This document shows positions 25,641-38,072 of a DNA stretch of 64,000 nt, piece by piece. A program made the translations under genes and the position numbers. The notes beneath the pieces are model-generated. The model had not been told where the DNA came from and did no database searches. It worked only from the letters and a program-made list of their open reading frames with translations. The DNA is from Aplysia californica (taxonomy: Eukaryota), in assembly GCF_000002075.1 (NCBI RefSeq), contig NW_004797314.1, forward strand, positions 847,864 through 911,863, read 5' to 3'. Positions within the stretch are counted from its first letter, which is position 1; each line of letters begins with the position of its first letter.

Positions 25641-26460
25641 CAGTAAAACCTTGGTATAGCGTACATGGCTTAAAGTGCACTCTTGGCTGTAATGTTTACA
25701 TTTTGAAGTCCCAAATCCCATTTAGTATTTTTACTCTGAAAACTTTGTCTAAAACGTACCCGCTTAAAACATACTTTCTGCAGTTCTGTCCACTTTTGTT
25801 GAGATTTTAGTGATGAAAAGCCTGTTTACAATGTATGTTCTGAAAATAAAAGAAAAATGACAAAAAGTGAGCGTTTGACCATACTGTGGAATGCAGTGTA
25901 ATCAGCTACAGTGTGAAGGCAAGTTTTTCTCAAGAGCTTGTCTGTTTTTCTGTTGGTGGATGCTGGAGCCCGCACCCCAACCCTTCTCTCTCCCTCTTTT
26001 GCTTCCAAGTCCTTTTCTTCCACTTTGTCTCGTCCCCAACCCACTGTTTGGTGCTGCAAAAAAGAAACCCTGATAATAACACCTTGATGCAACAAGGTCG
26101 GCATTTTGATTTTTCAACATCATCACTATCATGATATCCACCCCCACCATGTTCATAAATTCCTCATGTGTACAGATCTATGTCACTTGGATTTGAAATA
26201 AAGAAAAACACTCGAATAAAAACAAAGCCAAAAAAAATCAAACTTACAAATTAAAAATGAAAGCTCGCCAATCAGTTTAAATATATCTATGTGTCCCACC
26301 TCCTTCCTCTCTTTGCAACAGTGTCTAATAAAGTCTCATAAAGAATTAGTCAGTTACTTTGTGCTATCACCACCATTTGGTTTGGTTAATAGGTACCTCG
26401 GATAAGACATTCAAAATCCAGGGTTTGAAGGGAGTGTGTTATACCAAGCTTTTACTACTG
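25641..26460. mobile_element. Tc1/mariner-type MITE
   Basis: CAGTAAAACCTTGGTATA ... TATACCAAGCTTTTACT inverted ends. Confidence 0.55.
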
Positions 26461-27526
26461 TTACGTAAATAACGTAGAAAATATTTTTAGAAAATGAGAA
26501 GGCTTTTTTCTGGCAGTTTTTTGTTTTTTTAAAAACAGCATTGGTCACCATATCAAAGGTTTTTGCAAGCACTGGATTTCCTCCCTCAGAACATTCAGTG
26601 TCATTGAATTCGAGTGTTCTTTATATACAGGGCTGCCTAAATCTACCGATTTTTCCGGTAGATACCGATTTTGGGCCTGTTCTACCGACATACCGATAAG
26701 GTGTCAAAACTACCGGATTTTCGATGGGTGCCGAGAGAATAAAAAGAAAAAAACCCATTCTGCAGTGCTTCCATTCTTTGTTTTTACGGAAATCCGTATA
26801 TTCCTAAAGTTCTGTACTTGCCGCATTATCATATCAATTCCATGCGTTGAGAGAGAGAGAGAGAGGGGGAGATCAGCTCTTGCCTCCGTAACTTGTCAGA
26901 TATTTACAGCAACTCTCGGCAATAAGTTGTCTTAGAAACTGCCAGATTGCGCAGTTCGTACACTCGTCTACGAGTCTACCTGTGCCGTTCGGTCGGCAAT
27001 AGTTTTTCACGTGCATATCTGCCGAAATTTGTCTACTCCTGGGGAACCTGCTTTTAAACTTTGCCAGCAATGGAGAGATATGTAGGAGAAGAAATCAAAC
27101 AAGACAAAATCTTGGTGAAAAAATAGGTAGTATGGGTTGTTGGCAATCTCTTCAAACAGGCTCCCAAATGCCATTTTCAACCCTCTTAAAGTACTAAATT
27201 TCCCAGACCCCCTGCAGAATTTTCCTTACTTTTCAGCTTCAGCTGGTGGAAGCACTGATAATGTATGCTAGTGCATTTGGCATTATTCTCATTTATAATG
27301 ATTTCACTGATGTAAGCTGATAGACAAACTGTAGGTTATTTTTATGTACTACCTTTTTATGATCACTATGGGCTTGTAAATTCCATTTCCACGGCTAACC
27401 AGAGAGTGGACTGATCTCTTGACAAGATTGAACTTTGCTTTGGTTGATGTGAAACATGAGGTTGTAGTAGTCAGTAGTAGGACTTTTTTGGTCTTAGGAT
27501 TTACTTCAGAATTTTGGTTACATAGC

Positions 27527-27950
27527 GGGGGCTCTCGTGGCCTAGAGGTTAAGGTGTTCGCCTCTCATTCAAAGGTCCCAGGTTCGAATCCGGGTAGCGA
27601 CCAAAAAATTTTCTTCTCTAAATTTGTCTCCTTTCACCTCCTTTCCAACTCTCCAGCAATGTTCTGTCGTCTGCTTTCGTCTCCTCTTTCTGCCCCCCAC
27701 CCCTTCACCTCCTTTGCCCCCTCCTCTGGGCTCCTGATTCTTTCTGCAGCCTTTCTACTGCTACTCATTGGCTTCTTCTTACTGCTGTCTTTCAGCCACA
27801 CCCCTGATCTTCTGGTAGGAAAGATCTACACCTAGCCTTCTCGGACAAGGGCAAAAAATCTCGAAGGTCCCGTGTGCAAGTTGTGCACGTTAAAGATCCC
27901 TTGGTGGTCTAAAATCGATAAGAGTAGGCTTCGGCCGCCACCCGGCTGTA
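27527..27950 (+). mobile_element. tRNA-derived SINE with Deu/Nin-like domain, copy 2
   Basis: TGGCCTAGAGG A box, GGTTCGAATCC B box, pyrimidine-rich middle, same 3' block as copy 1. Confidence 0.8.
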
Positions 27951-30092
27951 AAACACTTACAAAAACAAACAATGGTTTCATAGCACATTTCCTTTTTATT
28001 TGCAGAAGACTGAATTGCAAAAGTGTAATGTGACCAGCAGACTTGACCCTAGGATCAGGAGCACAGATTTACCTTCCCAAGCCCATCAACATCCAATTGT
28101 GTAGAGAAGAGAACTGTTTGTCTTCATTCCTTTTAGTTTCAAGCAAACACTTGTTTGGTTGTTTTTTTCCTGTTGTTGTTGTTCTTGGTTTGTATTTGGC
28201 CTTCTTTGTTTATGACTCTGCTTATCCTGTGTTGGTTTCATAATCTTGTTCTTGTGGGTGGTTGCAGCGACTGGAACTGGTTGAATGAGTGCAGTGAAAG
28301 AATACTCTCGTGTGCGTTGTTTGCTGCGTGCATGCACTGGATTTAAGTTGGAAGGCAATGCACATATGCCCCAAGGATTTATTTGATTTGAAAGTGCGTT
28401 TCCAATATGACCCTGAAATAAGCCACACAGCTTTTGATCGTAGTGAAGAACTCTGTGTAAGGCATTGGCACAATTTTTGCAGTCTATGGATGGAGGCCAT
28501 TATGCCATTTATGGTTAGTCAGGTTTCTGGTTCTGGAGAAAAATAAATGAGAGAACAGGTAGCAGAAGAGGTTTTCATTATATAATATTTTTTTTTAAAG
28601 AGAAAGGAACAATCAGGTGGTGTAATGAAGTATCCTGTTCATTGATGATTTTACTTTTTCTTTTGATGTGGGATACCATGTGCAGGGGATCACTCATTGT
28701 GGCGGAAAGAGGAGCCATTTAAAAAAATTGTGGCCTTGAAGTGAGATCAAATATGATATGATTTGGGGTTTTCTGTGTTTGTTTGGGTTTTTTTGGCGGC
28801 ACAAGTTGTCAAGCATGTTTGAATTATTTTATTTTTAAAAATAGAAAGTTGACTGTCTATTATTCTTTTGACTGTAAACGGTTAAAGAACATTGTTTGTT
28901 TAGTGTTGAAGATGTGTGAAAAATTACATGCAGTGGTGTTTTAAGTTCTCCAACTTATTCTGATAAACTGTTATTATAATAGAAACCGTTTTATTGTTAT
29001 ATTTTCTTCTCGTTGGAATGTCAGAAATTTGGAATTGAAGGCAATGCATTTTCTCGGCTTATGCCATTTTTCAGGTGCGGCATTCAGTTTCTAAAATAAT
29101 TGTAAGGATTTCTCACTCCACAAGCTATGCATTTTGTGAGGACTTGCTGATGTCTTGTTAGATACAAAACTTTTTGTTTATAATTGTTGTAACATTTATT
29201 TTTTTTGTTCCAACGACATGGTTGTACTGTGAACAGTACTACAGAAAAAAAAGGCTCATAGGTTATGGCCACAGTTAAGTGTACATTATTAATTGTCTGT
29301 TCAGTTGAATTCCCTGTGTAGTAGTAACTTTCTTACTCCCATAAGTTTGGAACAATGACATGTTGCTTGTTTTTGTTGTTTTTTCTTGCATCTGGTGATG
29401 CTCTAATAGGAGAAGTGAGTCTTTATGGTGTTGTTTTGAAAAGAATTATTGTCAATCATAGCTGTAGTGTTAAAGTTATGAAGGCGTCATTTCTCCCCCG
29501 CCATCTCCCTTTTATTATGTTTTTTCTTTTCTTCTTTTTTTTTTGAGAAAGCTGTCAGAATTCCTGTTATCTTTGAGATTTGCTAACCCCTGAAAAGAAA
29601 CTATGAACCCTAAGAAAGTATTGTTCACGAGGTGCTCATTTTGATTGAATTAGCAGAGATAAAATACATCAACCACATGCTGTTTAGTGTTTGATTTTGG
29701 AGTGAGGGAGGGTTTGTGAATGTATACTAACCAAGTATGTTACAGTGTGAAGTAAGTGCACTTTTATTTCAAGTGTGCTTTGAAACAAGTTGGAGCAATA
29801 CCACTGTTCGTGTTTGAGTTTAAATGAGACAGGAAATATGATGATATTTTTCAGTTGTCATAACAATAGTCGGACTCTCTTTTGCTCCTCTTTATAGAAC
29901 AATTTTGTGTTCAAGGCTGTCTTTAAAAAAAAAAGTCTTTGTTCAATTAAGTAACTGAGTATTTGTTCCAGTTTGCCAGACTATTTTTGTTTTCCCCCCA
30001 CCCTCATAATGAATGTCTCTGCTTGGGCCAGGTGGTTGAAATGTGTAAAATACTTACGCGCTATTTTGAATTGTTTGCACATTTTATGTACC

Positions 30093-30098
30093 AATAAA
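30093..30098 (+). terminator. Candidate polyadenylation signal of UBE2V
   Basis: AATAAA followed by GT/T-rich sequence at the end of a long T-rich UTR-like tract. Confidence 0.4.
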
Positions 30099-30238
30099 TC
30101 ATTAACACAAATATTCAGTGTTCTTTAATTTCTTAACTTAATGTGTTGTTGGCATTGTATATTCATTTGTAGTTGTAAATGTTGGTCAAGCCTATTGGTA
30201 AAATAAATAAATTTTTTCAAGTGGTGTATTGTAGGCTA

Positions 30239-30702
30239 CAGTGGAACATGTATAGCGGGACCTTACTGGAATCCCCCTTTTTTGTCAATGTCAACTCAAT
30301 TGTGTTCGGGTTTATTGGGGCAAGGAAAGTCCTGAACTTCGATACAACGGGAGAGACCGAGCGAGCTCTAGCTGGGGGAGGGTGGTTGGGGTGGCTGTAG
30401 GTGAGCTCCAAACAGGCAGTCAGCGGTGCGGCGTTGTGATTGGCCAATCCTGTGATGAGTGAGAATAGTGAGATAGGGCAGGCGGCAGAGAGAGATGGTG
30501 CGAAGAGAAGCATTACTTGAGCCACTTCAAAAGTGATGTGACATAGCCTTGGGCCTAGGCTAGGCCAAAAAGACATTAAAAGAAGAGGAGAGCGTGACGT
30601 GTGTGTTTTTGGAAATTCACCTTTGCATTCCTATTGCGGGAACTTGCCTACAGAGGGTTTTTTTGGGGGGACTAAAAGTCCCGCTATAGCTATGCTCTGC
30701 TG
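30239..30702. mobile_element. Tc1/mariner-type MITE
   Basis: ta|CAGTGGAACATGTATAGCGGGAC ... GTCCCGCTATAGCTATGCTCTGCTG|ta. Confidence 0.65.
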
Positions 30703-30852
30703 TATTTGTATGCTCATGCAGAAATCGCTTGATTGTGCGAGATTTTCTGTGCCTCTAATTAGCTGGTTTTGAGCGAAATAGTGACCTTTGACTGTTATGG
30801 CTCCTCCATGTTGATCTAAATTATGTTGATCGGGACCAAAAAATCACTCAAT

Positions 30853-31029
30853 CTGTCTCCGTTGTTTTATGCAAGAAAAATTCTGAAATTATGCAAACAG
30901 CCCAAAAATGTGAAATTATGCGATTCTGTTCATTTTATCAAAGAATGATAAAGGAAAATAATCAGAAATTATGCAAAAAAGGATCAAATTTTGCTAAAAT
31001 ATGTGGGGTGCATAAAACCACGGGGACAG
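30853..31029. mobile_element. About 178-bp MITE; second copy at 41739-41917
   Basis: TIR CTGTC(C/T)CCGT.GTTTTATGC; internal AAATTATG repeats; two similar copies. Confidence 0.75.
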
Positions 31030-31104
31030 CACAATCAGTGGATATTGTCCCAACAAGGTCGAAGATTGGAGTATGCACTTGAAGAAAAAAATATTTCAGT
31101 TGAC

Positions 31105-31110
31105 TTTATT
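31105..31110 (-). terminator. Candidate distal polyadenylation signal of CDK10
   Basis: Minus-strand AATAAA followed by a T-rich element (ttttttcttc). Confidence 0.35.
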
Positions 31111-31586
31111 GAATAAGATTTCACACATTTTAATTTTGTGATTTTATTTAGACGATATTTGTGTGTCACTCACAAGTGATATATATATATAACAGGATCC
31201 TTCTCTCTTTCAAGGCATCCAAAGCTTTGTAGTTGCAAATGCATGTCTGAGGCTGAGGTCATAGCCTACCTGTCCTGTAGTACCTCCAAAACTTTCATTT
31301 AAGGTTCCTACTTCAGTATAGTACACATAGTACATAGAGTAAAGAGAGTGGGCACATGGAGACACTGCAGTTCTGGACATTTGGCGGTGCAAAACAAAGT
31401 AGGCTTCTTGTATATCTTTTAATATTAATATTTTAAATGCCAAGAAGCGGGCAGTAGTAGGTGTATGGCTCAGCACCATCACAGATTAGGGAGACTTAAC
31501 AGTTGCACACATAATCGAACATACGAAGCTCTATTTCATGGATAGCTCGAACTCAAACAATATGCCTTTCCTCAACTGAACTGCTA

Positions 31587-32348
31587 CAGTGGAACTCGGA
31601 TTCAACGAGCTTGGATTAACGAGAGATAGATTCCCCTTTTTTCTTCTTCTTTAAAATCAATAAAAATAACCCGGATTCAACGAGCACTTAAATCAACAAG
31701 CTCGGATTCAACGAGGTCGCTTCCGGAGCGAACTTTATCTATTCCCGGAAACCATCCATTCCACCTGCATTGTGTACTATTTTTCATTTAGCCGATTGCA
31801 TGCGACCAATTAGCGGCCTTCTTTCACTCCAACACATGCGTTGTTGGCACACGCATGTGTCTACTCTAGCATGTGTCAGGGTCGGATGGGTGGCCTGCAC
31901 ACGTGTGACTGTGAGTGCGTGTCGGGGTGGGGGGGGGGACCAGCGGTCCAGGCATTGAACGCCGCAGATACAAAGGCGTCAGTCATTTTTCCCCCTCGGC
32001 AACTGATCATTAAATACAATGATAAGCTAGTCTTGACGTAGATCTACGTAATGAATTGTGTGCTGATCTATGGAATCAAAAGTTGCCATATGCTAGGCTC
32101 TACACAGCAACACAACTTTTTGGTAAACCATCGAGATGACACAGGCGTGCATTTGAATGAATCAGTCTTTTTTTACACAGCTCATAGTATGCAGGCATTT
32201 CGGGCACTATATGTTACTTCTCTTTACACATTACTTGCTCAGTGCCTGTAATTATCTACACAAAATCTCATGTTTGCTATAACGAACACTCGGATTCAAC
32301 GAGATTTTAGGTCAGGCCCGGCGACCTTGTTGAATCCGAGTTCCACTG
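31587..32348. mobile_element. Tc1/mariner (pogo-type) MITE, copy 1
   Basis: ta|CAGTGGAACTCGGATTCAACGA ... TTGAATCCGAGTTCCACTG. Confidence 0.8.
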
Positions 32349-33229
32349 CATATTATTTTCTATGTAAAAGTTTGTATTAGCAACACTTGTTTTCTGGATC
32401 ACCCACACCAATGTGCCAACAAGCAGCTCATCTCAAATATTCTTATCAAATTTTTTCTCACTCACAATTGTCTCAAATTTAAATGGACCATGATGGAAAA
32501 CTACACACCCACCATGATTAAGAGTGTCAGGTAGCATGCGCCCACTAGGCTCCCCCCCAACAGCGTGATTTACTTCACACACTCTGCTGGTATCGAGACA
32601 CATCATGGCACATTATTACTTACCTGTGTAGTGTGTGTTAGGCACTAGAACTTCCTTGAATCCTGTCCTGTGACAGTGGGTGGTGGGTGTGGTCCAAGAC
32701 AGAGAGTGTGGTGTGGTGCTGGATAGGGATGTATGGTGTGTGAATTATAGAATAACCAGGACGGCTCGAATTTGTCGGAACCGGCCTTGATTGATGGTTC
32801 GAATAACATAAAGAAGAATATAATATAAAACAGGACTGCGGGCACAGTTCGACGGATGGGTGATTTCGAATCTTCTTTCTGTGTTCAGCTTATCCGTGCT
32901 ATACTGTACATACTTGTGTTTGTGTGCACGTGTGTGTATGTATGTGGTTGTTTGAACATGAAGGCATGGATCAGGAAATGATAACACAAGTGGGGTGGGT
33001 GGCAAGCTCTGGCCAGTGTTAGTCACGTCGCCATGACCATCTGACATAAGAGCCATTTAAAAAATTGTTTTTATTGTAAGTGTAAGGCTCAACTGCATTA
33101 CTTTCTTTCTCTTGCTTCAGCACCGAACAACACGGCTCATACATTATCAATTCCTATCCTTTTATAAATATATACCGGGTTCTTTTCATGACGACAATCA
33201 TTTTTTTTTTCCTACTCCTACTCCTGGAT

Positions 33230-33411
33230 GTGGGTGGTTGGCGGGCGCTCTGGTGTGGTTTGCTTCTTCTTTCCTATCAAATTCTATTGTCTTTATCTAC
33301 CCTCCTTCTTTTTTGCGTTTGTTACTCTCTTGTAATGCCTCTAATCTTCTGGCGCTCATATGACCTTATGCAGTTGCGAGCGCTGTAAAACCTCTACTAA
33401 TACTAAAAATA
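33230..33411 (+). mobile_element. Short stem-loop-tailed retroposon, full-length reference copy
   Basis: GTGGGTGGTTGGCGGG...GGCGCTCATATGACCTTATGCAGTTGCGAGCG...TAAAACCTCTACTAA; 12-bp TSD CTACTCCTGGAT; other copies near 7222, 8452, 9382, 36189, 39081, 39473, 42305, 43801, 44072, 46425, 51161, 53923/56068 and 56550. Confidence 0.85.
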
Positions 33412-33862
33412 CTACTCCTGGATCTATACCGTCACAGTAACTCAGAGATAAAGAGTTTACAAAAGGTGTCAACAAAGACATCAAACCAATAGCTTTCCGA
33501 CCTTAACGCTATCCGTATGCCCTGGGGTTGTTTTGTACCCCCGGGTAGTATTCTTCTCACTTTAGAATACTTCTAGTAGAAAATCTCTTTGAAACTTTCA
33601 GTATTTCTCAAATAATCATATTGACAGACTGCTATGTCAAGCGTACGGATCGGATTAACGAGTAAATTTCCTCATTGGAAAGTGGTGGCACAGAGTTCCC
33701 CACGTCGTATGGATACGATAGTTAAACACGACGTACAGATAGGGTTAACAATAGCATGTAATGTTGTTGGCCTTCACTCACTGGTAATGTGCTGCGGTGA
33801 AGGACTTTTGAAAGCCAAGAAGGGTGGCCATTGTAGTGAACAGACTAGGTTACTTTATAGTA

Positions 33863-34982
33863 CACTGGAACTCGGATTCAACAAAGTCGTCAGGCCTGGT
33901 CTTCAGTTTCATTGAATTGCAGTGTTTGTTACAGCAAATATGAGGTTTTTATGCAGATATTTACTAGCACTGAGCAAGTGAGTAATGTATAATGTATTCA
34001 ACTTTCTTGATCAAAAGTGCATGTAGTTGGGTTTCAAATTCAAACGAGAGGCAGTTTTGTTTCTTTGATACCAAAGAATTGCTGGAAAATTCTAGGAAAA
34101 TACAGTGAACTCTACCAAGCAAACACTGTGCAAAAAGGCCGCTTTGTTCAAATGTATGTTAGTGTCATCTATCATCTATATGATGTATTTGCCAAACAAG
34201 TTATGTTGCTATCAGAGATGCCACTTTTCCGCTTTTTTTCAGCAATTCCGGTATTTTGATCCTGATCCACTATTCCGTTATATTGAGATCGAGATAGAAT
34301 CTATACTTGGGAAAAAAACAAACAAACACACACACACACAACTTGCGCCAAATGTTCAAATAATGGAAAAACGAAGACTTTGCCATAAGTTCAAATAACG
34401 GGGAGAAAAAAACCCGGAAGATTTAGGTAAATCTCAGCAAGTCGGGAAAACATTCATATTATGTTAGCGAGACCATGGCGTGTGGATTTTCAGCTATTTT
34501 AAAAAAAAGATGAGTGGCATCCCTGTGCTATGTAGAGCCTAGCAATAGCATACAGTGTTTAATTCCACAGTCCAGCACGCAATTCATTCTGTAGATCCAT
34601 TTCAAGATTAGCTTATATTTGTAATAATATTGAACAGTAGCTGCGGAAAAAAAAGTCATGGTGTCACATTTGTATATTAACATTTCATACCTGGCCCCTT
34701 TTTATCGCCTCCCCTCAGACACACGCACACACAGTCACACGTGTGCTGGCCGCATATCCGACCCTGACACATGCTAAGACATGGGTGCGTGATAAACGTG
34801 TGTGTTTCTATGAAAGGAGGCCGCTGATTGGTTCAGCCTGCAAGCGACTTCGTTGCATCCAAGCTTTCTCATTTATGTGCTCGTTGAATCCAAGTTATTT
34901 TCATTGATTTTTAAGAGTAAAAAAAAGCAGGGAATCCAACTCCTTTAGTTAAATCCGAGTTTGTTGAAACTGAGTTCCACTG
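33863..34982. mobile_element. Same MITE family, copy 2, opposite orientation and longer
   Basis: ta|CACTGGAACTCGGATTCAAC ... GAGTTCCACTG|ta; much of the interior is the reverse complement of copy 1. Confidence 0.75.
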
Positions 34983-35257
34983 TACAAGTTTGTGGGCGGT
35001 ATTCAAGGACTTCATACATTTCATCAACAAACAAATTTTTTACAGCACCAAACTAACAAAGATTAAAAAATAATGTAACAAAAACAACAACGTAGTACAA
35101 GTATATTCCATGTATCCAATTTATTCTTTCTCACATTTTCCAAGTTCTTCCAATCAACAAAGAGAACATGAAAAAGCACATTTTAACTTCAACTCACCAT
35201 GACGACATAGAAATCATAAATATACACTTTATACAAACAAAATGAAAAAATCAAGCT

Positions 35258-35288
35258 CTAGCTGGAATCCAACTTTCCTCGTTTTAAC
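35258..35288 (-). CDS. CDK10: CDK10 putative terminal coding exon 16
   Basis: Strong polypyrimidine acceptor tcttttctttttctcag, LLKRGKLDSS*; minus-strand AATAAA at 35125-35120. Confidence 0.6.
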
Positions 35289-36439
35289 CTGAGAAAAAGA
35301 AAAGAGCAATGATTTTGGTCAGAAACTTTCTACATACTTATATTGCAAAGAAGTATTGCCATTACAAATTACAATGAGCAAAATCTTTATGTCACGGTAC
35401 TCATATTCATTTTTTCCTCTCTCCCATTCTTCAAACATTTTCATTATAATTAACTAACGTATTATCTGTTCTCTGTAATCAAACAAAGAGGAAAAGAAAA
35501 TGAAAAGGCGGAGGAGTAAGTGCATGAATGACCAAATGAGTTGGCCAGCAATTTTTAATACACTACTGATTATTCTGCGTTTAACACTTTGCCATCATAT
35601 TTTGGGGAAAATCCAAAAAAACTGGGGGGTAAACATTGCCAATTGGCGAGATCAGGCGGCCATTCTCTTGCAAATTTCATCATTGAAACCAAGCAACTTC
35701 ACCCCTTTCAATTGCAAACATCTTGACTTCTAATTAAGATGGATATTTTTTTCATTGAAAGTAAAGCAAATAAATGAGCTTTCAGATAAAACCAATAACT
35801 CTACATGCCCCAAAATTGACGAGAGCATGATTCCACCATGTCGTGACAAAAATATATTATATAATATGCATTTCAAGATAGCAAAACCGAAGAAAGAGAC
35901 ATGAGGACTCACATACGTTGACTGCAGGTAAGAGAGGCATTACCAGTGTACTATTTACCTATGTTTATCACAAACATCGATATGCCTTATACTGTGTACA
36001 GGCCTAATGAAGCAAAGATAGCGAATGTTTGTGTCGCATGACCTTTGGTTAGTCATGGCTTATTGTCTTAGTGAAGTTAGTTCACATAGCCCCTGCACAT
36101 GAGCATGTGACCGCAAGTGGTGTGTTTCCTTCATGATGTCACTGGCATTGGGCTTTCTCACATCTCTTGATTAGCGCAAAGCACAGTGAGCGCGCTCATA
36201 TGACCTTAGCAGTTGCGAGCGCCGTAAAACCTTATACTATACATACAAAGCACAGTGCAGTATGCCTTGTTGTCTTCAGTAGGCCTAAATGGGTTCATTT
36301 TATTTTCTGTAAATCTAAGAAGAACATTGAAAATATCTCCAATGCGCAGACCTTTTATTGTCAGTGGTAAACTTGCACTTGTCAAGGGAAAATCTTAGGA
36401 ACAATCAGATAGTACATAAGTGACAAAAGCAATGTATTA

Positions 36440-37608
36440 CAGTGGAGTCCACTTATAACGAGTTCGGAAAAAACGAGAAGTCTGTTATAAAGACACTATT
36501 CTAAAACCCCGTTTTTTTCTCCTCTTTACCTTTGTAAATAAAATACTGCTATAGCGCTATCAGACAAACATGCGAGTCGGTTATAGCGGAATATTGCTGT
36601 TGCTGTTCACAGTGCTTAGTCCAATTATACATAATATAATGCAAAACCTCGCCCGTTGAGAAACTTGTTGATGATCTTGCGAAACTAAGAATGGGAGAGC
36701 CCATGTGCGTTAACAATGAAGGCCGGAGCGACCGAGTTGGGAGGTTTTGGCATGCGCACACAAGCAGAATGCAATGCGTGATAGGCCAGCGTAAGCCTAC
36801 TTTAGATTATCAAGGCCTGCCATGCCTCTCACTTCTCCGATGCGGGGATGGAGAGGTCACAGCAATGTGATGGATGGAGCGAATGTGTGATGTGCGCAAG
36901 CAGACAGAATGCACCACAGGGTGGGGTGGGGTGGGGGAAAACACAGCGGGTGAGTTAGCCTAGAGCCCTTTCTTTCTGACCGCCAACGCCGAGCTGTCAG
37001 TCCACATCGCTAGATCTAGCGCTAGAGAAAGAAACCTGATTCGATTTTTGATCAAGTAATAATAATTGCATTTATATAGCGCATATCCATGCTCAAGAGC
37101 ATGCTCTATGCGCTTTACAACTATCATTACCCCAGCAGACCATCTGAGAACTAAGAACCCTCAGAAACATTCTCGGCTTCCGCTGAAGCATACAGTGCAA
37201 GCTGCGGATTTCACGCGCTCAAACACTATCAAACTGACAAGATCGTTCACTGTCTATAGAAGGGTATCCATTTCCACCTGGGTGAAGTGAGGAAAATTTG
37301 TGGAAAGTGCCTTTCCCAAGGACACAACGTCGGGCCCCTGACGGGATTCGAACCCGCGACCTTACGTTTGCGAGTCCGAGAGCCTAACCACTAGGCCACC
37401 GACGCCTAGTAAGACCCAGAGGTCATGTTGAAACAAAATCATCGTCAGGGGAGATAGCAAAAGGAAATAAACAGAACACCAAACTCATAGATTAGGTCTA
37501 CTTCACAGTTTCCCTTGAATGTATTACTGGATCCCTTATAGCGAGAATCCTGCTATAACGGACATTTTGCTCCGGTCCCCACCCTCTCGTTATAACAGGA
37601 TTCCACTG
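36440..37608. mobile_element. Tc1/mariner-type MITE containing a nested SINE
   Basis: ta|CAGTGGAGTCCACTTATAACGAG ... CTCGTTATAACAGGATTCCACTG|ta. Confidence 0.75.
37057..37406 (-). mobile_element. tRNA-derived CORE-like SINE with (TTA)n tail, nested in a MITE
   Basis: TGGCCTAGTGG and GGTTCGAATCC boxes; CCTTGGGAAAGGCACTT core; related pieces at about 4035-4310, 49880-49950 and 52780-52920. Confidence 0.75.
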
Positions 37609-37670
37609 TATAATGGAGCTAAGCCCGTTTGTGGGGTCGGTATAACCTTTTAATACAGGTGCCCATAAAA

Positions 37671-38072
37671 TCTACAAAAATATGATTCAGACAAGAATTG
37701 TCCCAAAGGGTTACGTGGTCATATTTTCAAAGTTCGGAAACTACTTTTTCAGTCTTCAGATTTGATGGTTTTTCCTGTAAATCGAAGCTCTCAGATGTTT
37801 TCACTCTGCCATTAGCCATTTCATATTTTACTGGGGACTACTTCCGTTTCATATTGTGCTTTTTTGTGCGTGTGAGTAGTTCGCATGAACAGAAGTGCGG
37901 TTTGGCAGTGAAAGTTCGTGGTTCGGAGGTTCATGTAGACAACTCTTTCATTGTTCCGTACAACCCAACACTGTCTCTTAGATATCCAGTGCACATAAAT
38001 GTTGAAATTGTCCACTCTGTTCAGGGCTTTCCTATCACTATATCACCGTTCGTAGAACGGGTCTGTGTCTAG
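37671..38072 (+). mobile_element. Mini-Helitron retaining a RepHel fragment
   Basis: DNSFIVPYNPTLSLRYPVHINVE motif; 3' hairpin CCGTTC-gta-GAACGG, then CTAG|T; tentative A|TC 5' end. Confidence 0.75.

Noticed and set aside
27527-27600. tRNA gene (also at 9835-9909 and 37335-37406)
   Set aside because: No closed acceptor stem, and the sequence continues into shared SINE bodies
32616-32630. U1 snRNA 5' end (TACTTACCTG)
   Set aside because: The downstream sequence does not match U1; at most an isolated minus-strand donor motif
33351-33392. CRISPR-like recurring palindromic repeat
   Set aside because: Copies are dispersed, irregularly spaced, on both strands, with TSDs and A-rich tails in a eukaryotic genome; these are retroposon ends
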